A stretch of 63,991 nt of DNA, filler included, from Polymyxa betae A26-41 (taxonomy: Eukaryota > Protista > Endomyxa: Phytomyxea), in assembly GCA_003693705.1 (NCBI GenBank). It is 7 parts of 7 records of this genome, joined end to end, with 100 filler letters (N's around TTAATTAATTAA, not from the genome) between each part and the next. Parts side by side here need not be neighbours in the genome. Positions count along the whole stretch, not along the records: positions 25,554 to 40,473 come from RBZT01000524.1; positions 40,574 to 48,453 come from RBZT01000387.1; positions 48,554 to 53,106 come from RBZT01000638.1; 4 more parts are not named here. One strand, given 5' to 3'. Below the pieces are notes generated by a model, which worked only from the letters and a program-made list of their open reading frames with translations, had not been told where the DNA came from and made no database searches. Shown here one piece after another: positions 39,410 to 51,482 of the stretch. Position 1 is the stretch's first letter, and each line of letters starts with the position of its first letter. The position numbers and the translations under genes were made by a program.

Positions 39410-40473
39410 CCACAGCAGCGAAGATTTGTAGCCCTTTAAGATTCATGCTTCGTTTGCACAATGCCTCCTTTTACCCCAATTCTGAGCGTTGATGGTATCG
39501 TAACATAGATGGCCGAAATTAGTGACTTGTTACCTTCGTTTTATATGAAACGAAATGGCAGAGCATTATTGGATGATTAGACAGATGATATTGAAATCTC
39601 CTAAAGGTCGTCATTGTCGAGGCGCAACTGCTGTTCATCCTATGCCGACCATCAACCTGATCTCAGATGATGGTTGATGACCAACCCCGAGCCGAGCCAG
39701 GCTGGGTCACCCCACCACCCCAATAGTCTGGACCCAGAGATTCGTCACGCTTTCAAATCGGCGACCGGACTTGACGAATGGAAACCTCGACGACATTGTC
39801 TCATACTGTTCAACATCCAAATGCAGACTCTCTCTCTCTCTCTCCATCATCAACTTTCACAACGTTCTCTGCTTTACCTGCAGATCAGCAGCCATGAAAT
39901 CACCAAGTTTTATGGGAATTCATTACAGCAGATTTCCAATCCACGACCCATTTTCATTTCGGATCTACAAAGCTCACGACCATCACCTATCCATCTCAAA
40001 AGAGCTTAATACAGTAACGGACATGAGGGCTGTATTCACAAAAGGCAAATATTGGCAGTCTACGGATATTTATGACTTGGAGTTAGGGTTAGGTGGCGAA
40101 TTGACGGAAATCGAAAGACAATCACTCCGCCGTCAGCTGCGACCAGGTCTCCCAACCTGCGGGTAGTTGATATCCGGCCGCGGCCAGGTCGCGGAACCCC
40201 TGTCGGGTGAGTCGGTGGGTGTGTACGCCACGGCACACGGGACACGACAGGCGGCGACTGATCCACGGCTGAATACATTCGAGGCAGAACAGATGTCTAC
40301 ATGATAGACGGACAGGTTTCGAGTCGTCGTTGACATCATCAAGACAGACAGCGCATGTGGGACCCTCCTCGTCCGGGGCCTGCACGACCGCATCGTTAGT
40401 CAGACGACATCATGATGGACACACAAGCTTGAAAGTGTTAAAAAATCAGGATGTTTTGTGTTTCCATCAGAGT
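39410..40473 (-). repeat. Inverted segmental duplication of about 35120-37080
   Basis: Reverse-complement matches cover the RING exon, its upstream intron, the 3' region (35580-35800 vs 39830-40040) and 36755-37075 vs 39415-39735. Confidence 0.9.
40122..40379 (-). CDS. Last exon of a paralogous RING E3 gene (5' part cut by contig end)
   Basis: APDEEGPTCAVCLDDVNDDSKPVRLSCRHLFCLECIQPWISRRLSCPVCR, nearly identical to 35209-35496, preceded by a CTAAC..GTGCAG acceptor. Confidence 0.85.
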   Translation of the reverse strand, partial: APDEEGPTCAVCLDDVNDDSKPVRLSCRHLFCLECIQPWISRRLSCPVCRGVHTHRLTRQGFRDLAAAGYQLPAGWETWSQLTAE

Positions 40474-40761
40474 NNNNNNNNNNNNNNNNNNNNNNNNNNN
40501 NNNNNNNNNNNNNNNNNTTAATTAATTAANNNNNNNNNNNNNNNNNNNNNNNNNNNNNNNNNNNNNNNNNNNNAAACGACGACCGTTATTATGGCGATCA
40601 CAAGGATGACGACCATGAAAGGAACCGGCGACCACAGAGATGGCGACCGAGAAGGCTGCCCGGCTAAACGACGCACGAAAAGATGCGCATTGGAATTGCA
40701 GAAGATGGCGATCCAGATTACAGCCCCACTTTATCAATCAAAGAAACTCTCGATGTCAACA

Positions 40762-40988
40762 GCGAAGGGGCGTGTTAGCATATGAGCGCTGTTAGATCAA
40801 TCTCGAGATATCAATAGCGTTGACTCACGCTAATTCAACCGGAAGCATTGTCTTCCGCTTGCATGCTATCAAATAAAACACTTCTTCAAACACATTCCAG
40901 TTCAAAACCCTCTCCCGTCTAACAATTCTAACAAACAAGACACTTCTTCAAACACATTCCAGTTCAAAATCCTCTCTCCCGTCTAACA
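40762..40988 (+). mobile_element. Polypurine tract and 3' LTR of an LTR retrotransposon, with duplicated U5 end
   Basis: GCGAAGGGGCG then TGTTAG (40773)...CTAACA (40924 and again 40988); AATAAA inside; about 47-bp end duplicated. PPT resembles the GAGGGGGCG|TGTT of the copia at 57339. Confidence 0.65.
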
Positions 40989-40999
40989 TGTCAGCAATC

Positions 41000-41073
41000 G
41001 TCTGAGTGGCGCAACTGGTCAGCGCGTTCGGCTGTTAACCGAGAGGTTGTGGGTTCGAGTCCCACCTTTGACG
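41000..41073 (+). tRNA. tRNA-Asn (GTT)
   Basis: GTCTGAGTGGCGCAACTGGTCAGCGCGTTCGGCTGTTAACCGAGAGGTTGTGGGTTCGAGTCCCACCTTTGACG: cloverleaf, A and B boxes, GTT anticodon, oligo-T terminator at 41078; one T-T mismatch in the acceptor stem. Confidence 0.95.
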
Positions 41074-41343
41074 TATGTTTTTTGCCGGATACACACGCAG
41101 AGTTTTGCTTGTTGATTTCAAGCTGGGCAAACGGCAACGCTCGACAAAATACCAGCCTTTTGCACGATGCATGTAGAAAAAATGGAGATGTTATCATACA
41201 ATGATATAGTTTTACAACACAGAAATGGCCAGACTTAACGGAAGTACTGTAGGTCTCCAAATTATCGGAGATTGATTAGAAGCTATCTAGCGCGGCCCCA
41301 GATTCTAGATTACTTTGGTGTTGTTCAGGCTGGGACAGGGCCG

Positions 41344-41739
41344 ATGTCGTCGATTATCAACGACTGCTTCGGTTGCCTTGTAAACCTAGCTTGCTGCGCT
41401 GCCTGCCTCTGGTGCTGCAAGAAGGCATGCTGCAGCGATGACGACGAGACACAGAGACATCAGCAGCAGCAGCCGGGTCCAATGCAGCAACCGCAATCGA
41501 CCTGGGCACCTGTCCAGCCGACCCAGCAGCTATACGACTCTCAGGGACGCCCGGTTATGGTTGTGCCGGTTGGGCAATATCAACCAATGCCTCAGCCGTA
41601 TCAACAAATGCCTCAGCAATATCAGCAACAGCCGCCTCCCGATCAACAAAGGAATAATAGTGGATATCCAGGCCAGGGCTACCATCAGCAGCAGCAAAAG
41701 GGCCCGGCTCCCTTACCTCCACCGCCTCCTTATCAGTAA
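41344..41739 (+). CDS. Small protein with N-terminal Cys-rich membrane anchor and Gln/Pro/Tyr-rich tail
   Basis: MSSIINDCFGCLVNLACCAACLWCCKKACC, followed by Q/P-rich low complexity ending PPPPPPYQ. Confidence 0.75.
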   Translation: MSSIINDCFGCLVNLACCAACLWCCKKACCSDDDETQRHQQQQPGPMQQPQSTWAPVQPTQQLYDSQGRPVMVVPVGQYQPMPQPYQQMPQQYQQQPPPDQQRNNSGYPGQGYHQQQQKGPAPLPPPPPYQ

Positions 41740-42663
41740 TCGTTTGGGCTGCATTCTCCAAGGTTAGTATTTCCGAATACAGTTGCAGCTCGTTTTGATC
41801 CTTTGGCATTTGTTTTGTATTCTGAAAGGTTACCGTTTGCAATGTACTGCGTTTATTCTTCGCAAATTCGACGCTTGTCGATTTTTTTCAGACATCTTCA
41901 AAGTGGTTCCGCTTTGATTTGAAGTACATTTTTGCAGATTTGACTTTTTCTTTCTGACTGCATTTTGTAAATGACTTACTCTTTTTAAAGATGAAATAAT
42001 ACGTCTACTGAGCTTGCTAGAACCAATGCTTTCTGCTAAGACTACTTCTCACCATAATGAATTTCTTGAGAGCGTGAATTTCGGTCTAGGTCTAAGTTTT
42101 GCAAGCGATTTTGGATCACGTGCTTTCTTATCCCCAGATTAGCATTGCGGTGATTATCCTGGATACATTCAATTTCTGACTCTGAATGCCATTTCATATT
42201 AACACCATCAAATCTGCAGCAGCATTAATCGTCTCAGTGCAAGCATTGAAGCAGCTTAGACATTATAAGTTTCCAGGCCTGCTACTCCAATTTGCGAGAA
42301 TTCTATTGAATGGATTCGTCTAGTTCGTTGGTCTTTGCCAACAGGCAGCGCTGCATCCTGAGCGCAAGACCGATAGTACTCAGGCTTGCCTTGATAGCTA
42401 CCAATGCTCACTTCTGCTTGCGACAAAAAAGTATCACCAGCCACATGCTCTTTCGAAAGGGTAATACGACCTTCATTCCAAAAGCGTTTGACGGATACGA
42501 ACACGCGAGAACGGATGCATGGTTAGGGTGAAAGGATATGTATCGACCCTCAAATACACAGCTGAGAATAGGAATAGCGTCGAAAGCAAGATCTGCTACG
42601 TTCTGCTTAGAGCAGTTTCTTCCCCTGAATAAATAGATACGACGACCCAATTCTTTTTTAGAT

Positions 42664-43522
42664 TCAGAACACGTAGGGTATCAAACGGCGCCATGATTTC
42701 GGGATCTGGATTTCCTTTTGGCGATACCAAGATAAAGTAGCTACAGACCTGCCAGCTAGATAAAGCGCAGATGCCGAGACAAAGATGCTGGCATATAGAT
42801 GTCCAGCTACCTGTTAAGCGATTCGTTAAGGCAGTCCAAATTAAGAGTTCCAAAACCCACAGAACCGGTCTAAAACCAGCAGTCGAAGAGCAAAAGCAAG
42901 AAAAAACCCAAAAACCTGAAGGTACTGACTGCTTTTCGCTTACCAGTGCCATTCCTATCCATGAGAAAATTTCGAACGAATAATGCGGACAACAGACAAA
43001 GGAAAACAAGGCTCCAGATGGCGTCTTGTACGTTCGCGAGCCATCATCACGAAGTCGTCGCAACAGCCAATGATGATACAGATTTCCTAGTTCGCCAATA
43101 ACAAACAAGGCAAGGCCGACCTTAAAGTGGCCGCCAAAGCTACCCATCTTCACCATGAACAAGTACGATCCGACTTCGTAGAGTGTTGAAACCAGAAAAA
43201 TCGTCCACAGCGATGTGAAGCCGCTAAAACGATGCAGAAAGAGGCATTCAAGGCAGCGCTTTACGAAATGGACAGTTATGAGCGTGGCCATAATGCTTTG
43301 AGATGCACTTGGCTTAGCCTGTAGAAAACATAATGGTGTGATAATGGCAGCAGGAGCATAAAACAGAAACATGCCCAATTTCGACGGCAGAGCCCAGGCC
43401 GAGGTAACATCAGCGAATTTGCTGTATTGGAAATTGACGAATCCGCCGCTTTCGCAGAGATACAGAACCGGGCCAGCGAGAAGCGTCGCTGCCGCCAGTA
43501 CATCTGCTATCGATAGAGACAT
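42664..43522 (-). CDS. 3-oxo-5-alpha-steroid 4-dehydrogenase family protein
   Basis: HFVKRCLECLFLH, GELGNLYHHWLLRRLR, YKTPSGALFSFVCCPHYSFEIFSWIG; one intron, then YLAGRSVATLSWYRQK..WRRLIPYVF*. Confidence 0.92.
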
Positions 43523-44040
43523 CTCACTTTAGAATGATATCGCGAATGAAGACACTAATGACAGGCTGCTCTCAATGGGCTGCGTTATAGCTTTCGTCAA
43601 TCGTCTCTCATCTTACTTGCATTCGATTTCGAAAATGTGATGCTGCAAGCCTTGACATCGGGGTCAAACAGGCTCGGTTTTCCTAGGGTGGTCTTCCGCG
43701 TACTGTTTAGCTACAGAATGTGCCTGGTTTAATGGAGTCGTTTGCTTTGCATTGTAACGCGGTTGCCTAGAATTGGGTATCAAGCACTGACAGCTGCGGT
43801 TTGTTTCTTCCCTTTATATTAGATTTAATGCTCACATTTCATTTGCGTTGAAGGCAGCTAACTACGACAACAGTTTTCTTAGTACGGTATAGATAAATTA
43901 CTGAAAGTTTTTTATCCGACATGATGCTGAAACGCAGGGTCGTAAATCTTTAAACTTTACATATTTGGATCATCTTTCAGAAATTTGCAACATTTATTGT
44001 GATCGGTTTCACAATTGTTTGGAGTCTTTACTGGCCGGTG

Positions 44041-44485
44041 TTAAATCTTCAAGACAACTGTTTGCTGTGGCTCTTGCGTCACGAGGACTTTGATGGCGTC
44101 CTCTACAACTGCCGCAAGCTTCTCTACGTATATAACAATATATGCTGCAGATTGTTGCTAATAGAGACTGCAGATAACTGCTAACAGTCTCGTAAATGTT
44201 TGGGATATTGTTCCAGGATCGTTATAGACCCGGTGATCTAAAAGCAGAAGACATCCAATTGAAAGCTGCCTTAGTTTGGCGAACAGCTGGACCAGCACCT
44301 CTCACCACTCCTGTTAGGAATAGAGTTAACCCGGCCACAGAACCGGCAGCGAATAGGATCGCCCTTGGAACGGTCGCCGGATGACTTTGCATCTGCACCC
44401 ACCAGTAGTATGTAACGACGGTGATGCCGATCCCAACCAATGTAATGGCGAGCAAGACAGCATTCTTAGGCCTGATCCAGGCCAT
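44041..44485 (-). CDS. Hypothetical small membrane protein (two hydrophobic segments; 3' exon uncertain)
   Basis: VLLAITLVGIGITVVTYYWW and AILFAAGSVAGLTLFLTGVV; no family motif recognised. Confidence 0.4.
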
Positions 44486-45529
44486 GTCTCACACCGATGA
44501 CGAAGTCGAAATCGGACGAATTTCGAAAATCGCAGTTTATCATTGTGTTATCTCCTTTCTAAAGAACTTTATAAGTTATTGCAATCGTTGCTGGGTAGTT
44601 ACAGTTGCTGATTGATGAAGATGTTTACTGGCATTGCCTGGGTGAAATTTGGCATGCAATAGTAGAGGCCATCAGGATTAGTTGCTGTTCTTGTTGTTTA
44701 AAGCATGCTCAAGATGGTTTAGTTTTACACCCGATGAACAGCAAGGTCTCGCAAATCAGAGCAAAACTACAATACTTCGATCGGGTTGAAGCCAGCTTCG
44801 TACAGTTAAGCCACATTAGAGACATCTCAAGATTAGAGTTGTCAACCCCGCTCTCAATCTGACAGCATACTGTCAGAATTCATGGTCGTCGAGCTCTCAT
44901 GCAGTGAGAACACCACTAGAGCTCTTACACAGCAAACTGGGTAGCCTCATACAAATCACTGAATGCTCAAGAGTTGGCGACCGATGTGAAATAGATACAA
45001 TTCCAGTCTGAGAAATTGGTGCTCGATTCTTGTCAGTGATCTTCATGAACACGTCAAAGAATCGGAGAATTGCTCATGTTACTCTAAAGATAGAGTTATT
45101 TTCGAGTATAGCGGAGCCAAAACCACAATATCAGTATCAACCGCATACATCGAGTGAAAAATGACATTTCAGGTTTCATTCACACCAGAACCGATTATGC
45201 AGTATCCCATTCCAAACTGCGAAGCCAAGGCGCAGGGGACCAGCTGGAAGCCGCTTGGTCATGTAGCCTATTTACAATTTGAGCAACCACCACCAAATTC
45301 AGAAAATGTAATGAGCTGGGATCTTCAGAGCTCGCAATCACAAAATTCTAGAAAGATTCTAATCTCAAGACAAGGCTAGCTTTTCGCTTTAATGACATTC
45401 TTTTCGTAACCAGACACAGATTCACTGTCTGCAGCGACGTCCTTTCTGACGGCTTGCAAATATATCAAACTAGCATAAACATTAATGTACCGATACAATG
45501 GGATGAATTGAACAATGAGACTGAGAAAG

Positions 45530-48453
45530 TTAAAATAGGTTGTAGAGCTGGACGAAATGGGCGACAGGATCGTGCTTAGACTTATCGGCAATAGATAAGA
45601 AGATTTGCTCCAATGTGGCTTCTTCAACGATAGCCTCCTGAACAGGAATATCACTGCAGTGTTCGTGAACGAATGCGAACAAAGAAGCCAACGATTGCAC
45701 TTCTGCTTTTGGAACCCAAAATCGCAGATGAGTTCCATCAGCTTCAACCAGGACGGCGCGAGGATACTTGTTTGTGAACCAGTTACGAATCACATCAAAA
45801 TGTTCTCGAGCGGTGGCGTTGAGATCAATTTGGTAATGATTACCAAATTTACGTGAGAGATGGCCGGCACTTCCCAGACAGACGATCTCTCCGTTGACCA
45901 TGATCGAGATACGATCACAGACAGCTTCGGCTTCATCCAGCTGATGAGTAGTCAAGAGCAGACAGCGGCTAGGGTCGGCTTGAATTTCAGCGAACATTGC
46001 CCAAAATCGACGTCGACTGGCAGGATCCACACCGGTAGAAGGCTCATCCAGCAGCACCACGTTGCGCTTGATCATGAGGGCCAGAGCGACACACAGCTTA
46101 CGCTTCATTCCGCCAGAATACGTTTCGCTTCGGCGATCAGCTGCCTTGTCAAGACCAACATTGAAAAGCATGTTGTCGACCAATTCAGATCGAATATCTT
46201 CCGGGACACCCTGGAGAACGAATCAAAATTATGCAAAAAGCTAGAGAAAGAAATCAAATATCATAATAAAGATTGAGCTTAGGAACTTGAAAGGACAATG
46301 CAAACTTACTGCTAATCGAGCGATAAACGTCAACTGCTGCCTTCCAGTCATCTTTCCAATGAGAATTTTGTCATGCTGAGGGACATAGCCAATATGTTGA
46401 CGAGCCGCGGACTCGTCCTCGTTAACATTGATGCCGGCAACCTTGACATAACCACGAGATGGAGCAGAGATACCAAGCATGCACTGAATCGAGCTCGTTT
46501 TCCCACTTCCATTGATACCGAGGAAAGCCAAAGACTGCCCTCCGGGAACTCCCACATTGATTCCTCGAACAGCAACAGTCTCGCCGTAGGATTTCGCCAA
46601 ATCCACAACCTGAAGAACGTCATCTGCTCCTGACTTGATGCGGTTCGATTCCAACAGGACGTCTTCGTCAGATACGCGCCCAGTTTCCAGTCCAGTAATA
46701 TCGCTGCTAAAAGAAGCCAGACGATTTGGATGCAAAAAATTATACTCAGCAAAAATGGCAAGAGTAAAGTAAATAACTCCCATCACGATGAAAAGAATAA
46801 TCAAAATAGATGCTGGATTGCACTCGTATGGAAACTTCGGTTAAAGAACAGGACAATAGGATGAATTTGGCAAACTTGTACAAAGTATTTCAAGAAGGGT
46901 AGAACTTGTGAGAGCGTATCCACAGAGCGAACAATCGAAAGCGGCCCCACAATGGCATAGAAAGCACTGCTGGAAGAACCGCTGGAAGTCGATCGGATGT
47001 ATGCCATGAAGCCAACCAAAGCAAGCACCAGTCCTAAAACAGCGCCGGTGGAAAACAACTCAGACATTGGTTGATCCGTTGGTTGATCCGAAAATGGCCG
47101 GAGCGACAAAGTGATCGCAAATGGGATGGCCGTTTGAAGCAAATTGAAGGCGATCATGGCAGCCCAGTAAGCAAAAGAATTTATTCCAAAGATGTCTAAT
47201 TGCCACTGGATGTCAGAATGCTATGGACATGTCAGATTATCATGAATAAAATGCTAATTGCTTACAGTGAAATGCGAAAGATTTTTGAACGCGTTGGGTG
47301 CACTTATAAAAAGCGACAGCAGAATAGCTAGATTGAATAATCCCGCACCTGACAACCAAGATATCACGGAGAGTAAAATCGGGAAAAACATCGACAGATG
47401 AAGACGGACATCCGAGCGGAAATAGTGCCAGATCAGAATTAGAATGGAGATGAAATGAGTCCCAAGAGAAACAGGGACAGGAGTATAGCTGGGAAGCGAC
47501 TTCTGAATATCAAGGTTCTTACAAAGCTGCTCTTCATGCGCTTTTGTGATACTCAGGAATACGTCTTCTAACCGCGAAGGAGCGAGTGCGTAATGTTGAA
47601 TCTTGAGATCAGATTTCTGAGCTTCAATCTCGTTAAGCAGTTTGGTCATCAAAGGAACATCCTAAAACAGATATGAAAGGATGGAAGAAAATACAACAAA
47701 GCATGAATTACTTCGTTCGGGATTTGGACGGATAAGTCATGGCCACTATGTAAAGGAAGAAGTTTGGCATTTGGAACCACATTGTTTACAAGATCCTTGA
47801 CTTTAGATATGTCGATATCGGAATGGTCAGCCAGCTTGAAGGAGATCAGATAACCGGACCCACGATTATGTTTCAAGAACATGGGAGATCCAAGACATTG
47901 CATTGATCCAGCAGACATGATTCCGATACGGTCTCCCAAAGCTTCGGCTTCGCTCATGCTATCAAAATACAGTGTTATTACAGGATGACAAGAAGGAAAA
48001 AGCGAGAATTTAAATAGGGGTAGCGATAACAATTAAAACGTTCAAAAAGCAAAATTGAAAATTATCATACTTGTGTGTTGTCATGATGATAGTTCGTCCT
48101 GGCCGTAATGTTCGGATGACAGACCAGAGCTCCAAAGACGACTCAATATCCATACCGGAAGAAGGTTCGTCCAGGATAACGGTCTTGGTATTACCCGTAA
48201 AACTAAAGAAGCAATCTGAGAAAAATTCCAAGGGTTCAGAAGCGAGCTTACGCTAGGCCGACGGAAAGCTTTCGCTTCTGCCCTCCTGACAGATCCTTGG
48301 CCATGGAGTGCATTTTCTTCAGCAATCCCATCCTTTCCAACATCATCTCAGCAATTGAATGGGCTTGGGCAGGGTGCTGGCCTCGAAGTCGTCCATACAG
48401 CTCGAGCATCTCCAACGGCTTGAAATTGTCATAAAAAGCATCGAATTGGGGAC
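45530..48453 (-). CDS. ABC transporter subfamily A, full-length type, 5' truncated by contig end
   Basis: NBD1: PQFD, LSGGQKRKLS, ILDEPSSGMD, TH|SMSEAEALGDRIGIM..CLGSPMFLK. NBD2: LGINGSGKT, GYVPQHD, YSGGMKRKL, LLDEPSTGVDPASRR, TTHQLDEAEAVCDRISIMVNG. Confidence 0.95.
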
Positions 48454-48553
48454 NNNNNNNNNNNNNNNNNNNNNNNNNNNNNNNNNNNNNNNNNNNNTTA
48501 ATTAATTAANNNNNNNNNNNNNNNNNNNNNNNNNNNNNNNNNNNNNNNNNNNN

Positions 48554-50110
48554 GTTGCACGAGTAGCATCCGATTTTATCACGGTGAATGACAACCTGCT
48601 GGCATTGATCATGCTGATAGGGGCGATTGAAGACTATCAGACCGTAGTTGACATTATCGATGCGTCCACAAAATTAACCAGTCTTCATGTCATCGAGAAG
48701 CTACAAAATGCCGAAAGCGGCAGGAAGGTGCGTGATAAAGAGAATCATCTCTTTTGATAGCGGCAGCCCTGAAACAGAGATTATTCTGTCGTTTCTGCAA
48801 TAATGCGCGAAACTAATGCTGGCGCCAGCTTGTTACCATCTGCATCCTGAACTAAAACAGGCTAATGATAAACGCAATCAATCAATTTCTGCTTATTCAG
48901 CTTCTCAAACAGGTGTTAATCACATTCAAAGTAGCTGGTTGCTAGATTCGGGTTGCAACCGGCATATTTGCAGCGACAAAGGATTGATGGGAGCATTAAG
49001 ACACGATAATTCTCTTTGTATTCAGTTAGGAGACGATCACTATGTTATTAGACCGTTTGTCGGCACAAGTTTCGTGAAGTTCGGAGAAACGAATAGACAC
49101 GATAATTCTCTTTGTATTCAGTTAGGAGACGATCACTATGTTAATAGACCGTCTGTCGGCACAAGTTTCGTGAAGTTCGGAGAAACGAATGCAGTTCTTA
49201 AAGACACTATTCTGGTCCCGAACATGAGCAAGAACCTATTATCTATCGGCGTTAGTACCGAACGATCGATCGAGGTTTGAAATCCTGGTTTGATGGCGGC
49301 AGTTGCCATGTATATTCGTCAATCGAAGTCGAACCTGAAGGTACTTTGTTATGCTCGATTTCGAAACTGAACAATTTCAACCAGGTAGAAAATGCGAATA
49401 TTCAAGCCAATTTTGGCTTTTCTCGTGCGAAGGGCGACATTGCTCGAAGGCATGAACGCCTGAAGCATGGAAATTATATATGATCCTCATCAAGAACAGA
49501 ACGATCAGTGTTTCCAAAACGACTAGTCCTGAAAATATTTGCAGTGGATGCGCTTTGGGAAAATGACTCGGGTGTCAAGGACAAGTATGACAGAGATAGT
49601 TGCTGAGCGGTAGTGGTACGGCAGAGATAGTCTGGGCGAGAAACTGAGGCGTGCTGGTCAAGCGAGGTTGTATTAATGACAAAGAGGTTAACGCAATGAC
49701 AGTCCTATGGCCGAATGTCGAGAGATAAAGGCCGTCGGAATGTTCTAAGCTGAATAGGAGGCGGTCTGGTTGAGAGAGCTGTTGAGAGAGATAAACTGCG
49801 CGCTGCCGGAGGCCACGCTCTTTAATGAAGATAATCAAAGTGCAATCGCATTGGCTGAAAATGAAACTCAAAGTCGTCGAACGAGGCACATCGCTGTCAA
49901 GTATCATTTCGTTCGGCAGACAATCAAGTCCAAGGATCTACGAATTGTTTATTGCCCATCCGAACACATGCTAGCAGACATAATGACGAAGGCATTACCC
50001 GCGCTGAAATTTGCTGAGCTGCGTGATCGCCTTCTATACAGGCTTCACGGAATCTTCCCGACACTAGAGCATTCCTGCGACGTTTCCGGGCTAGTTTTCC
50101 CGCACTCATG
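48554..50110 (+). mobile_element. Degenerate Ty1/copia fragments (gag, protease, GAG-pre-integrase, RNase H)
   Basis: WLLDSGCNRH, VPNMSKNLLSI, RHERLKH..CSGCALGKMTR, EDNQSAIALAEN..RTRHIAVKYHFVR..MLADIMTKAL; 96-bp tandem duplication at 48999-49190. Confidence 0.88.
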
Positions 50111-50171
50111 AATACGGATTAATCAATTAACAACAATACATTGAGAGTTCGTTTGTTGCCAAGGATGGGAA

Positions 50172-50530
50172 GTGACGAACCGACAATCCAGTCTGAGAGC
50201 CAGGGCGATTCTCAGTCTCAGCGATCAGGAAGCTCCAATTCTCAACAGATTTATCCTGGTGGAGGCCGATAACCACGGATGCATTAGTGTTGCGAATAAC
50301 GAATATCGCACTGACAGACGTACAAAACATATAGACGTACAGTATCATGGCACAAGAGATAAGGTCAAAGGTCACACAGTTTGTCTGGAATCCTGCTCAA
50401 CAGACGAAATGATTGCGGATTCGTTGGCTAAGCCCATATGTAAGCCGAAATTCAAATGGTGTCGATCGCAGAGGGGGCTCACAGATATGCGCGGAGACAT
50501 CATTTTGCTCAAACCAGACCCTAGAGGAAC
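50172..50530 (+). mobile_element. Second copia RNase H remnant
   Basis: DNHGCIS..RTKHIDVQYH..STDEMIADSLAKP..KFKWCR. Confidence 0.8.
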
Positions 50531-50639
50531 TGTGCAACAAAAGACTCGCAGATATTTATGTATGTTTGAATGGGTGTGATTGCTTGTGACTGAAAACATA
50601 TTAGGGTGGGCTGCTCTGGATACTTCTTCGTGATTTGGA

Positions 50640-51360
50640 TCAATACGCCCCCTCGAAGAATTACCTTGGGATGATCTGCACCATAAAAACTTCGGCGCGG
50701 CCACTGGTTTTGTAAGGAGGTCGGCTACCATTTTTTCCGAGGCCCAGTATTTGATTTCGATTTTCCGTTTTCAACCAGGTCTCGTGAGAAGTGATATTTC
50801 ACATCGATGTGTTTGGCTCGGCTCTCCGTTCGGTGATGCTGTGTCATGGTCTTGCATCCCTGATTGTCCTCAAAAACGAGCGTGGGTTCGGTCAGGGTAT
50901 CACCTAATTCGAATAGAAGCTGTCTCATCCATGAAATCTCTCTTGCACACTCATAGAGCGCCGTATATTCAGCTTGTACAGATGAAGACGCTGTCGACTT
51001 TTGTAATGCATTCTTCCATGCTATTGGTGCGCCTGCCAGCATAATGACATACCCGGTTGTAGACCTTCTATTGTCCGGGTTTGATGCCCAATCACTGTCC
51101 GAGTACGCTGTTGATCGGCGATTTCCCCTGCTTGAGAACGTGAGGCTCTGGGTTTGTGTGTTTGTTTAATATTTGACGACCCTCTTTGCGGCTTCCCAAT
51201 GCTATTGTCCCGGATTGACATTGAATCGGCAAAGGGTACCTACTAACCAAGCGCTGTCGAGATATCTGGTGTTGTCCTGGTCGCGACATAGCTGAGACAT
51301 CCAGCTTCCCATACGGTATGTTTTTCATCCTTTCCTTCTCGGTTGATCCACAGGCGACAA
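50640..51360 (-). mobile_element. Third copia remnant (RT end, RNase H, PPT), opposite strand
   Basis: MKNIPYG, LAGAPIAWK..Q..SSVQAEY, FEDNQGC, RAKHIDVKYHF, MVADLLTKP; PPT GAGGGGGCG on the minus strand near 50650. Confidence 0.88.
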
Positions 51361-51482
51361 TTGTATCGGTCTGGGAACCAACTAAGCAATCTAAGCGCTT
51401 AGATTGCTTAGTTGGTTCCCAGCTTAGATTGCTTAGTTGGTTCCCAGCTTAGATTGCTTAGTTGGTTCCCAGACCGTTACAA
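51361..51482. repeat. Perfect 52-bp palindrome whose right arm is triplicated in tandem (25-bp unit)
   Basis: CTGGGAACCAACTAAGCAATCTAAGC|GCTTAGATTGCTTAGTTGGTTCCCAG (51371-51422); unit CTTAGATTGCTTAGTTGGTTCCCAG three times (51398-51472); outer CGGT..ACCG also pair; partial copy at 51717-51734. Confidence 0.95.

Noticed and set aside
51398-51472. CRISPR-like 25-bp repeats
   Set aside because: No spacers, no cas genes, eukaryotic context.
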